A DNA stretch of 63,975 nucleotides, filler included, from Bigelowiella natans CCMP2755 (taxonomy: Eukaryota; Protista; Cercozoa): the NCBI GenBank assembly GCA_000320545.1. It is 5 parts of 5 records of this genome, joined end to end, with 100 filler letters (N's around TTAATTAATTAA, not from the genome) between each part and the next. Parts side by side here need not be neighbours in the genome. Positions count along the whole stretch, not along the records: positions 1 to 20,994 come from ADNK01003098.1; 4 more parts are not named here. One strand, written 5' to 3'. Within the stretch, counting starts at the first letter, position 1; each line of letters starts with the position of its first letter. Made by a program: the position numbers and the translations under genes. The notes below the pieces were generated by a model that worked only from the letters and a program-made list of their open reading frames with translations, was not told the origin of the DNA and did no database searches. Shown piece by piece: positions 1 to 17,152 of the stretch.

Positions 1-1182
1 CATCCTGGGTCGTCCTTCTTTCCTGTCTCTGCAGTCTTTAGCGGTGTGTTTCCCTTTACGTGAGCAGTATCCGCAACGTCGGTTACCTTCCCTGTCCTTG
101 TACCAGTCTCGCTGCGGCTTAATAGCGTTAATGTTTCCTATGCCAGGTACCTTAGGGCTGGTAAACTTGCGGTCCTGCTCCTGCTCGCGTAGGGATATAG
201 CCTGCACTGCTGCCTCCATCGTGGTGTAGCCTTTCTCCGTAACGTAAGTGGATTCCTTTATCTTTAACTTGAACTCTTCAAACCTTGCCTGATCATCACC
301 TGTGTTGTAATTAAAATCATGTAGTTCGTCGATCATATCCTGGAAGCGCGTGGCAAAGTCTCTAACAGGTTCTCTCTCATGCTGCATCATTGCTCTGTAT
401 TTTCTAATAGCCTGGGGTAGGGAGTTAGCATCCTGTTCATTTACAAAAGCCTTCATTATCGCCTCAACGTCTCGTAGCCCACTAACTGTAGTGTGTATTT
501 TCTCTAGCTGCCTGATCCGGGTCCTGCCTGTCTCGTAAAGGTCCATGGCTTGCTTTATTATAGCTAGCCATTTGAGCTTGTCGTTTTCGGTGGGGTTAGG
601 GGTAAAGTCGCAGAGTATACTCCTAGCGTTCTTCCACCACCTCCTTGCCTCACCTCTTTTCCCGTTGTATTTCGTTATCATAACCGGTGCTGTTTTAACA
701 GACATGAACTGGGTGTTCCGCTGTACCGGCTGCTGCTGCTTGACGGTGCTCTGGGTCGTCCCCCGCGAGGCGCCCAGACCCCCGTCGTTCCTAAACAAAG
801 CTGCCCACTCTGGAGGTAAGTCTGCTTCGTAATCCATGATGTCCTGCATGATAGCTGCCCAAACATCATGTGTCTGATACTTGTATTCTATCGATACTTT
901 CAGTTTGGCGTAGTTGCTCGCCCTGGGTCGCAAGGCTCGTAATGCCATTACGACCTTCTTGCTTTCGGCGGCCACGTCCTCGTCGTCCGCCTCGTAGAAG
1001 TTCTCCAGTGCCTCTGCTGCTGCATCTGCTTTCTTAATCCCGGGTGCTGGTCCCGGCGGTGCCTGTGGAGGTGTTCCTCCTCCTTCCTTAGCGTCCGTAT
1101 CGCCCTTCCTTTCCTGTTTCTGCTCGTGCCCTTGCACGGCCTGCGAGCCAAAGTCCTGCTGTTCTTCTAGCTGCTGTGACAT
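1..1182 (-). CDS. gag: Gag of a Ty3/Gypsy-like LTR retrotransposon (runs off the window edge)
   Basis: Manual translation gives an open frame from ATG 1182 to base 1 (MSQQLEEQQDF...). It contains an MHR-like QHEREPVRDFATRF and a zinc knuckle CGYCSRKGKHTAKDC. It is absent from the ORF track because there is no stop inside the window. Confidence 0.85.
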   Translation of the reverse strand, partial: MSQQLEEQQDFGSQAVQGHEQKQERKGDTDAKEGGGTPPQAPPGPAPGIKKADAAAEALENFYEADDEDVAAESKKVVMALRALRPRASNYAKLKVSIEYKYQTHDVWAAIMQDIMDYEADLPPEWAALFRNDGGLGASRGTTQSTVKQQQPVQRNTQFMSVKTAPVMITKYNGKRGEARRWWKNARSILCDFTPNPTENDKLKWLAIIKQAMDLYETGRTRIRQLEKIHTTVSGLRDVEAIMKAFVNEQDANSLPQAIRKYRAMMQHEREPVRDFATRFQDMIDELHDFNYNTGDDQARFEEFKLKIKESTYVTEKGYTTMEAAVQAISLREQEQDRKFTSPKVPGIGNINAIKPQRDWYKDREGNRRCGYCSRKGKHTAKDCRDRKEGRPRM

Positions 1183-1198
1183 TGTTAGTCAAATCGTT

Positions 1199-1216
1199 TC
1201 CCGTGTGTGGAAGCCA
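1199..1216 (-). promoter_or_regulatory. tRNA primer-binding site (PBS) of the LTR element
   Basis: Minus strand TGGCTTCCACACACGGGA starts with TGG (complement of tRNA CCA). It lies 5 nt inside the LTR end (...CAACA) and just upstream of the gag ATG. Confidence 0.7.
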
Positions 1217-1221
1217 AAGGT

Positions 1222-1850
1222 TGTTGCGCGTAAGGTGTTCACAGGCCGAGGCGCTACGTGCACAAGTAGGCAGGGGGGGGGAAAGGCACGTTTGCTTCCT
1301 TTTGAAGAGTTGTGTTTATTTTTATTAAAGATTATATTTTTATTAAATCGTGCACTGCGTAATCATTCGCGAAGCTTTCGCGAATGCCGCCGCACGTGGG
1401 GCAGCACACTTCCGGTGTGCTGCCATGAGTCCCGCCGGAACCCACGTGCCTATGCTGTATTAATATCTACGTTATCTATATTCTATATCCGCGACAACCC
1501 CTTTGTTGTCGCACGTGACTTGTGCCCGCGTAGTGGTACGCGCTACAGCGCTGCCAACCAGTTTGAACGCGCGCATTTTCCCATTTCTGGATTTCCAGAC
1601 TTTGGACCAAAAGTGAGAGGACTTCCTAGCTTTGCGAAAACAGCTAGCCAGGGAAGGTGTGGTTGGGCCTGTTTGAAAAGTGGAATCAAGTGCTTCGATG
1701 GAGCTCAACCTCAGTTTCAACCGAGCTCCTGCGACCTCTTGAGGTCCAACCAGTGAAACCAGAAGGAATCAAGAATAGGAGCTTGGAGATCTCTTTTAGG
1801 ACTAAGAGAGATCTCCTTCTAGGACCAGGGGATCTTCTTCTCCGATGACA
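1222..1850 (-). mobile_element. 5' LTR of Ty3/Gypsy-like element
   Basis: TGT...ACA termini. Bases 1222-1536 match 45450-45764 in reverse complement, and the match ends at about the PBS-side boundary. The outer end (1850 or 1857) is inferred only from TGACA motifs. Confidence 0.75.
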
Positions 1851-1857
1851 ATTGACA

Positions 1858-1895
<38 letters not shown>

Positions 1896-2052
1896 GAGCA
1901 CTTGCGAAGAACTCCGTCCGTCAAATGCGATGCGACTCCTCAACTCAGTGTTGGTCAGTATTTTTTAGTCTTTTTTCCATGGTTATTGTGAGGTCAATTC
2001 AGCATGATAAATCTCATCGAAACGGAACAATAACAACAATACCACGAAAATC

Positions 2053-2462
2053 ATGGTGCCGTCCGCTTCCATTTGGGCACTGGTATCCTTTCCTCCACCT
2101 TCCCCCTTTCCTCAAAGAATGACTTCATCTCTTTAACAAACCTTGCGTAACAGGTAGCGACGGCTGCCATAGGGATATGCCCCATTGCAGTCCTCCTCCC
2201 GATGCAATGCGCGTGTAACTCGTAAGTAATCGTCAAATCTAGAGTACGCTGTAAATTGAGAATCATATCCACCATTCTTAAACGAATTCGTATCTTGTTT
2301 TTCAATATAATTCATTCCTGCCTATTGTCTCTATAATCACCATCGTCATTTAGCTTCAAAGATCCAATTTCGCAGCAACGATCGCTAAACATGCTTGTGA
2401 GCTTCGCCGCTGGCGGGTTGCTAGGTTGTTTCGACTATGTGCACTTATTGCAGCAATGTTTT

Positions 2463-2493
<31 letters not shown>

Positions 2494-2508
2494 GTGTGCA
2501 AAACGCTC

Positions 2509-2570
<62 letters not shown>

Positions 2571-3804
2571 TATCTGCCTCACATTTACCATGATATCTGT
2601 AATTTTTTGTAACAGGAGACAGTATGCTGCATTTGATCCCACATGCACTTCATCCCCATTCCCATGACGCTGGCGAGGAGACCGATCATGATGATTGGGG
2701 AAATGGCGGACACCATCACCATCACGTCCACGAACTTTCAGATCATGACCACCATGCAGAGGGGGGTGAGGATGTCTGTATTGTGGATGATGGGGGGAAA
2801 GGGGCTGGGGAGGGAGAAGGACAATGCAATAAGCGAAAGAATCTTCGGCATCATGATCATGATGATGATCATCATCATCATCATCATCATCATGAGCATG
2901 AACAGACCTCCATGGTGATGCTGCTAGTGTTGGCTGGAATTGCTCTATTCTTCGGTATTTTCCCGATTGTTCCTCATTTCTTATAATTTGTCATGAGTGG
3001 TGCTAGGCAGGGTCATGGAGAGTGGGGGTTGCTTCCAATCAGTACTCAACACAGTTTTTCCTTCGTAGCTTTCCCCCTCAATGAACTCTTTGACATTCCA
3101 TTCGGTGCTTTTGCCTTACACGATATCAATTTTGCTGCTGCATTCATGCCGTATTGTTTAGTTATCCAACGGTGCGTGCAAATATTCGGACGGGGCCATT
3201 ATCACCATCACCACTTGTCCCATTCCTCCTCCTCCTCCTCCTCCTCCTCCTCCTCCTCCTCTCCCTCCAACCCACCCCTCAATTCGGACAAAAGTAAAGT
3301 CCAACTGAATAAAAAAAAAAATGCCCCGCGGAATGAAGCCGGCGCTGGCACTGAAAACAGAGCTGCGAAGGACTTCTCCACTGTGAATAAAAGCGTTAGT
3401 AGCGTCCGTCGTCGTCACACAACAAGTAGTACTGCCGAGGCAAAGGGGAGAGCGCCAACAGTGATGTCGGTAGATGTGCTGCCGCATAAGGCGACGATAA
3501 CGACGATACATCATGCGAACATTTTAAACATCATTGCCGACTCAGCTCACAATTTTACTGACGGTAGTAGAAGTAGTAGTAGTAGTAGTAGTTGTTGTTG
3601 TTGTAGTCACAGTATAGTAGTAGTAGAAGTAGTTGTAGTAGTAGTAGCACTTCGGTTTAGAAATCACTGGTCTCCGATGTAGAACACACACGCACAGTAT
3701 ACACGGGCACACGCTTGTTAATAGTAACCTTTCGATGATGCTGAAAAGGAATGAATTTGCGGGAGATTAATGTTAATAATTAATACCTATTCAATGTGGG
3801 TGCT

Positions 3805-3839
<35 letters not shown>

Positions 3840-4243
3840 ACTTCGTTTTTGTGTGCTTTGATGTATGCATGCTATGTAAATTTTTATTTGTTTTGTTGTT
3901 TTTATTGTTGCTTGTCGGTGAGATGTGTGATATCCCTTCAGGCCTGGCCATTGCTGCATCATTTTCCCAAAGTTATAAATTAGGCGTTTCAACTACAGTT
4001 GCGGTACCATCGTACACCTTGACATGAGAGAGCCTTTGCCCACTACATGGCCATTGCATTATCAGTATCATATGAACGATATTAGAATTATTTATCAGCA
4101 GTAGCAGTACGGATAGGGTGCAATAGCAGCAGCACTACAGCGTCAATCAGCATTAAAGAATGGTCATCTACTTAAGGTGTTCTTCCATGAAATTCCGCAT
4201 GAAATCGGAGACTATGGGATCCTGGTTGTCGCACAGAATACGA

Positions 4244-4283
<40 letters not shown>

Positions 4284-4338
4284 AAAACACAATTGTCTGT
4301 TTTAATTTGTATACGGTCATATATGATGTTTGCATCCG

Positions 4339-4376
<38 letters not shown>

Positions 4377-4637
4377 TACAATACGCTATCTCATCATAGT
4401 ATAATTTATACAACCTTCCTCATTTTCCCCCTTAGCTTTCTCGTTCTTTCTTTCGCCTTATCAAACCAATTATTTTATCATTAGATAAGGAATGGACTCA
4501 CTCATTCGCAAGCGATAAAAGTGCAGATTCTTACGGCTATTGCGAGGTATCACATGCATCCTACATTATATATGAGAATGTCTATAGACGCTACGAGCAC
4601 ACTCAAGCATAAAACACGCAAATATAGTAATATTAAA

Positions 4638-4668
<31 letters not shown>

Positions 4669-5191
4669 TCTCTACAAATTTGTAATGTCCTTGTACATAT
4701 GATGTAATATAAGCTGTCGCACTACTACCATATTTGCTTTTCACTCAGTATAATCGGTTGCATATGCGGGATCGTTCTTGATAGGTAAATTAGGAGAATA
4801 AGAGGGGGGGGGGGGGGTGCAGCACATTTTATTACTCTGACCATCACCTTCTCCATATTTTATATTTTCACATACTGTTCTCTTGTTTCCGCCTTCAAAA
4901 CAAGAAATGATTATTGTACTCTTCTCAGCTTTCATCTCGACGATATTTCGATCAGCACGTGGGTGCTGCCCATCACTGCTGGCGGGTTTATTTACATATC
5001 CCTAGTGGATGTTGTTGCAGGTGCAGATGGAGAAAAAAGGGGGGGGGGGAGATGGTCAATTGTAAGGCGGTAATGGCGTGCTTTTCTCAGTCCAAAACTT
5101 GATTTTCAGCAAAGAAACAGCACCTGTATTTGTACCTACGTCTACACTTCCTCTTACTCCCTTTCTCTTCTCTCTCTCTCTCTCTCCCTTT

Positions 5192-5235
<44 letters not shown>

Positions 5236-5450
5236 ATCTGAGTATGCGTATTTTGGTCTTTTAAAGATCTTATCAAGACCGAGCCCTCGTTAATAGACAC
5301 TATATTGCAGGTAGAGCTTTGGAACCCTCACATGCTTTCATCTTATCTTTTCTCCATTATTCACGTTGTACTGTTTTTTGTGCTGCATAGATGATATGCT
5401 TATGCGCTGGGGTAGGGATGATGGTAGTCGTATCCTTACTTGAAGAATAG
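2053..5450 (+). CDS. ZIP family (ZIP7/KE4/SLC39A7-like) zinc transporter, multi-exon
   Basis: Exon translations: LVSFAAGGLLG|DSMLHLIPHAL, His-rich loop, LNIIADSAHNFTDG|LAIAASF, VFFHEIPHEIGDYGIL, WVLPITAGGFIYISLVDVV, MICLCAGVGMMVVVSLLEE*. The start codon is inferred. Confidence 0.92.
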
Positions 5451-7315
5451 AAATCCAGCAATGAAATCAAAACATAGGAGGAGGACGGCAGTATCAACAT
5501 AGAGATGACTCCGCCTCTGTGCATCGCATTGCGTGCACGCTCATTCGCGTGCCAACCTAGGATCGCTGCACGTTCATTTTGACCTAGATCTAGATCTAGA
5601 TCTAGATGACACACGCAGCATTGCACGCCCTTGTTATGCATGAGTGACAGCCAGCACGGATGGGTGGAATCATCATGTTCTGAGCATTTATACCTTATTG
5701 CGGACGGGTGCGCCTAGCCTTCGCGTAGAAAGCACATGCAAGCACTTCATTCTTTGTTCGTGCATATGGCCGCATGACTGTTCAAGTGCAAGAACGTGGA
5801 AGAATAAGCCACAAGACTAGAACAGTTCCACGCACTTGTGTGGCAGCTTGTACGTTGCTAGGTTATTGCCTGATGCTACACACTGCTAGACTGATTGCGA
5901 CTGTCTACCTGTGGCTAGATGCTGCTGTGACATTGTTCACAGCACGCGAGATGTTGGTCAGTAGATCACTTTGATTGTGCATTCAGTTTGCGTGGGCGCC
6001 CGCATATTTAGCATGCGAGGTAACTATTCATGTTGAATCCCATCGCAGGGCACTGCGTTTATGTGCGAATCTAGTAATTGCTCGGAATGTTATTTAAGTC
6101 GTAAGTAATAGATACGCTAACGCAACGCAGACGAGGTAGCAGTGCATTCGTTATCTTGGTACCTCCAACGTTAGGGCCAAGCTCTCAACTAACCCTACTA
6201 TCGGCGTGCACGGAAGCTGACCTGGTTGGAGTTCTAGGCCTCTCCATGGTGTTGTCGATTTGCCACGTGGCGCACCTCCAGCAGCAAACAGCTTCTCGCC
6301 ATTGGGAGAAATAACCGCACCCAAGCACTCCCTGGGTATCTGCACAGTCAAATTGTCAACAACTGCCAATAGTTATTGATTGTAAAGATTGTTGTTACAG
6401 GAAAGTGCATCCCTATGATTGTAGTTTCTGTCTCTGCTACTACAAATTGCTAATGCTGCTACTACACTCAATTGGAAGTTGCTGCAGTAAAGGTTTAATA
6501 CAAGTATGTTATAATGATAATGATTATGCAAATTATCTACATAATATTGTTGTAAACGGCAATTTAAAAGAATTTATTAGTCCCTCACCGCGGAGTTAAC
6601 ATCGGCTTTATGCTACGCTAACGATTCTCGGTGAAATCGAAGTATTCAGATGTGCTGAGTGACTCAGCAGTAAAATCTGAGAGAATACGACGGGAGGAGT
6701 AAGAACAAAAAATTACGCCTCATATCTAGCATGCGATATGTAACTGCTGATGATTGTTACATTTTCTTTTCCCAGTAATATCTTCTCTCCACTCTCCATT
6801 TTTTGTGGATTTCTACATTATGGTATGTATTATTAGCAATTCTTACGATTAAAAGATTGAGACGGCTGGATGGTTGGGCTCCCACATAGTCGCTCTCCCC
6901 CGCTGATAGCGTACAGTCTCTTTGCATCTGGAAGCGTGCAAACGATCAGTTGGTGCCGTTTCGAGATGAGCATTGGAAGCATCTCCATATTATCCGAAAT
7001 CACACGTAACAACCATGTCGCACCTTTAATTTACGATCCTTTTCCTGTTCAGCGTGCGCTCCTGACAACCTGTGTTTCCTCTTGGAATGGGTTTTTTCCC
7101 GTACATGCGACAACGTATACTCGTTGTCGCAGTTGCAATACCTCGAGATACGGAACAAAGCTGTCTGAAAGCAGAACTCGGCAGATGGCAGACGGTGTGT
7201 TGCACGCTACGCTACCGTTCCCTAGATAAGGGGGGAAGGGAGCATGATGCGCATTTGAGTGCGTGTTTTTTTAACGTGTTACTTTCCTCTCGCATGACCA
7301 TTAGTTTGCGCTAGC

Positions 7316-13118
<5,803 letters not shown>

Positions 13119-15056
13119 AAAACTGTATTATTGCGCACAGTGTATGTTACTAGGTTATTCTAGTCATTGCAGAAATGACATGATGACGTTCGCTGGTAGG
13201 GCATTAGGATATTTCTAGCCATGTTGTGTAGTCTGTCCACCATGCTAGCAGCTTCCATGTGAATATCATGCGCGTATCTGGAAAACCAGAAAAATGTAAC
13301 AAGTTTATTTCATACATCCATGTCATATAGACTAATATGTAGCCTTGTAGGGCTATAGAGCGTACCCGCTTTAAGACACCTGTTCTTCAGGACACATGTG
13401 ACAAGGCTCATCTAGCTCATGTTTGCTTACGCATGTATGGGTCAAGAACATATGCACAAAACACCATGTGTTGCAAAGAACATGTGAGACGGATGTAATG
13501 AAGAATTAAATTTTTTCAATGGTCATCCTGATGTAGCTGTGCAATGCAGCGGCTACAGCGCTAATATTATGTCTGTTGGTTTCTGCCACAATGTGCTTCA
13601 TGCATTTGAAAGCGTCCTCATGCGACCGATGTTGCCGCGCACTGCGCGCAGCAGTTCTGGAGTCCTTTTCAGCCTGAAACAACATACATGTCATGTTCGT
13701 ACGTGCGTACGCTACATGCTAGCATGGCCTTGCTAGCTTGTAGGGCTGCAGACAAATGATGTCTGACTAGCTGACATCAAGACATGCTAGCTAGCTAGCA
13801 TGTGCAATGTCGCACCAAAGCGTGATGAGTTAATGAAGAGCATGCTGCTACTACATGCAAGCTAGCAAGCAGCGCTATGGAGCGCCGACGGACCGAACGA
13901 GCGGTGCCGAGGTTCAAGAAGTCGCTCTAGCTAGCTAGCTACTAGCAAGACCTGACACAACTCTGTCAAACCTGCAGCGAGTGGCATGACCTCTCAATGC
14001 GAGAGCATTTTTTGCGTTTTTGTGGCAATTTTGGCGTTTTGGTGCTGAAATTTTGCAAGCACATGAAGCTAGTGTGCGCACACCCTCATGAGCTTGCGAA
14101 ACTTGTGGCACTGCGCTAGCTGTTTCAGAAGTGGTGAGCATTTTCCGCTGGCTAGCTGGCAAGCGTTAAAAAATGAGGTTTTGAATCTGGCACTCAAAAA
14201 AAAATCAAAATTGAACTTCAAACGTACAGGCTCCAGTGTGCTTCCAATGTCCAATTGCAACGATTGAGCACGCCAGGCCGCGCGCGCAAAGGCACTACCA
14301 GCTGCATCTAGATGCCATGCACAGAATGACCTAGCTGACTTGGCTAGTTGGTACGTGCATCTAGACATGCTAGCATGCAAAGTAAAATGGCAAAATGTGA
14401 CTTCGGTTTTCACTCTAATGTCTAGAATATGATGACAACTTCGCAAGAAACGTTAAGTTTTGCAAGCAAATGTGCATGGATTTGGACCATTTTCTTACGA
14501 GTTTCATCTTTGTCTTATGCTTTGTATAATCAATAGTTTGCCTGAGGCAAAACTTTGAACACTAGTCTGCACGTCTATGGCACAGGATATACTTTTCATC
14601 TTAATAATTGTTTGACGAACGCTTTCGTGGAAGACTGATGTTATGTGTGTGACGTCCCAAAAAAGAGGGGGACTCGACTTAGAATTGACGAATCTCCTAT
14701 CAAAACTCCACGCGTACAACGGACAGACCTCAAAAAAAAATTTACATTAGATATTGCTCGTTTTTTCCTTTTTCAATTTATGCAGCCTTCTGCTGCTGCT
14801 TCCTTCTTCCCCCCTTCCTTGCTTTGTTATTAAGAGGACCAAAGCATCATTTCAACTCGAACCGTACAAGACATGGTGCACCACTTCGGCTGCCATCACT
14901 AAGAACGACAAAGCAAGCAAACAAGGGACAAAATCAATCAAACAGCATACCTTGAGGCATCACTTGCCAAAATAACTTTTCATCATGGAAGCAACAGCCC
15001 ATTTTCCTCGATCTCCCTTCTCTCGAATACCATTGAAGGATAAGAAAGTGGTGCTC

Positions 15057-15777
15057 TTAGTTACCTTGCTCATACTCGGTGGTCTTCCGCTTTCTGGATT
15101 TCCCAGATGGTTTGCTTCTCTCCTCTTCCTCCTCACCATCACCACGATTCCTTTCTTCCTGCCGTAGCGTTATCGGGCTGCTATCAGAGGAGGAGGATGA
15201 GGAGCTGAAAGGTGAGGTTGACTTCGACGAGCCCCCATCGCTAAGATTCAAATCCCCTCCGTGCCCCCCCCCCCCCCCTAATTCCTTTCCAGCATCCGCA
15301 TTATTGGAGCTGGACGGGGATTCGTCCGCACTGTGATTGTAATTTGACGACGACGACGACAACGACAACATTTTCCCGTCTTTCTCGGACGCCGCCAGAA
15401 GGGCGCTACGGTGCTCCGCTGAGAGCCCATTTGTCGGCTCATCCAGCAGGTTGTCAAGGGCAGTGAGAATGCTTTTCCGATTCGGAGAGGGGGGGGTATT
15501 CTTCGTTGTAGCACTAACGTTGTTGCAAGGGCTGCCTTCTGTATCTAGTGGAGAGGCCCCCCTCACCTCCCACATAGGCGATCCAGGCTGGGATGTTAGG
15601 CCACCACATCTCTGCCGCTTGGAAGACCTTTCCCTGCTATGCTGTATACCATGCAGCGAGAGCAGCTCCTCCTTGCCCAATTTCTTCTTTATCGAAGCAA
15701 TCTTGGTGTCGTCCACTACCGGAGCCTCCCATCTGTGGGCTGCAACATCGTCTTCTCGCGCATGATCATGCTTATAC

Positions 15778-15808
<31 letters not shown>

Positions 15809-17152
15809 CTGATGACGAAGACGATGACGACGATGATTCTGGTTTTGAAGAAAATGGTTTTGTAGCAACTCCCTTCGGTATAGAACTGCTAGCTGCTGCA
15901 CGTTTGGAAGAAGACGACGATGATAATGATGATGACGCGCGATATTGGTTTCCTTGCAGCTTGCTGCGAACACAGGCGTTTGTCACCCCAGCAGCCTCCA
16001 CAACCGGATGCTGCACAAGATCACTTGTTGCTACGCGCTTCGAGGGGTCTTTATTCAGCATTTTGGAGAGGAGGTCTTTCATCGGCCCGGGAAGATCGAG
16101 AGGAATAATCAGATCCGCGTGGAGAATTTCGTCGCGCAGGTCTTCCAAATCATCCCCATCGTACGGATATGCGCCTGTAAGCAAGACGTAGAGAATCACT
16201 CCCAAACTCCAAATATCGGCCTTCTCGGCATCATAGGGGTCCGCACGCCAAATTTCTGGGCAAGCGATATGCGGAGTTCCGCAGAACAAATCAAGCTTCG
16301 TAGCCCCTTCTTTGTTGTGCGATCGATGAGCCAGGTCGAAATCAATTAATTGCACGTTTCCGTTGATGTCCACGATCATGTTTTCTAATTTAATGTCGCG
16401 GTGGTACACGAAATTCGCGTGGCAGTACTCGATCGCTCGGACGGCTTGGTAGAAGATATGGAGGGCAGCTCCTGTTTTTATTCGGTTTCCTGAAAATTTG
16501 TTGTTTGTCATAACGAAGCTTTCAATTTCTAAAATGTTGATCTCTCCTAGTTATACGACTCTATTATTGCTGCGACTACTGAGTTATTGTTAGAGGTGAT
16601 TTTAATAAGGATACCCTTATGTTTGAGATAATCAAGGAGAGATATTCCATTGACAAGCTCTGAAACGTGAATGAATCAATGAATCAAAGGACCAACGAAT
16701 GCCAGCAGAATTTAGACGGTGACTAGGGTTACTAAAATGCAGGGGAAGGGACCTTGGACGATGTATATGCTATCCTCAGTGACGTAATGGGACTTGTAGG
16801 CCACGACATTCGGGTGTGATAAGCAAGATAGACACCTGTAGTACAAATCCAGTGAACATCACTCTCTCTTCTTCGCCAGAGCGTAGAAATAAAAATAACT
16901 ACTTTATCTCTTGCATAGCCCTCGACTCATTAGACATATCCGTGCCTCCTTGAAACCCCCTCTCGACAATTTTAACTGCAACCGCATCTCCAGTGGAGAG
17001 GTGCCTGTATAGTGAGGAGGGGGATCGCACATAAGCTCCTCCTTGGATATTCGAGCAACAGTGTTTGTCCAACAGAAAGAAAATCCGCACTACCTCGCAC
17101 TCACGACTCTTGAGATTCCGCCTTCCCCTAACTGGGGGCCCAGCAGGTACAT
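15057..17152 (-). CDS. CAMK-group (SNF1/BRSK-like) Ser/Thr protein kinase with Ser-rich C-terminal tail
   Basis: Exons: YLLGPQLGEGGISRV, VAVKIV...E, LSHPNVV, ELVNG, HRDIKLEN, IDFDLA, FCGTPHIACPE, DIWSLGVILY, DPSKR. The 5' end is uncertain. Confidence 0.92.

Noticed and set aside
1205-1756. 183-aa ORF duplicated at 45398-45868
   Set aside because: Spurious frame across the LTR. The identity reflects the LTR copy.
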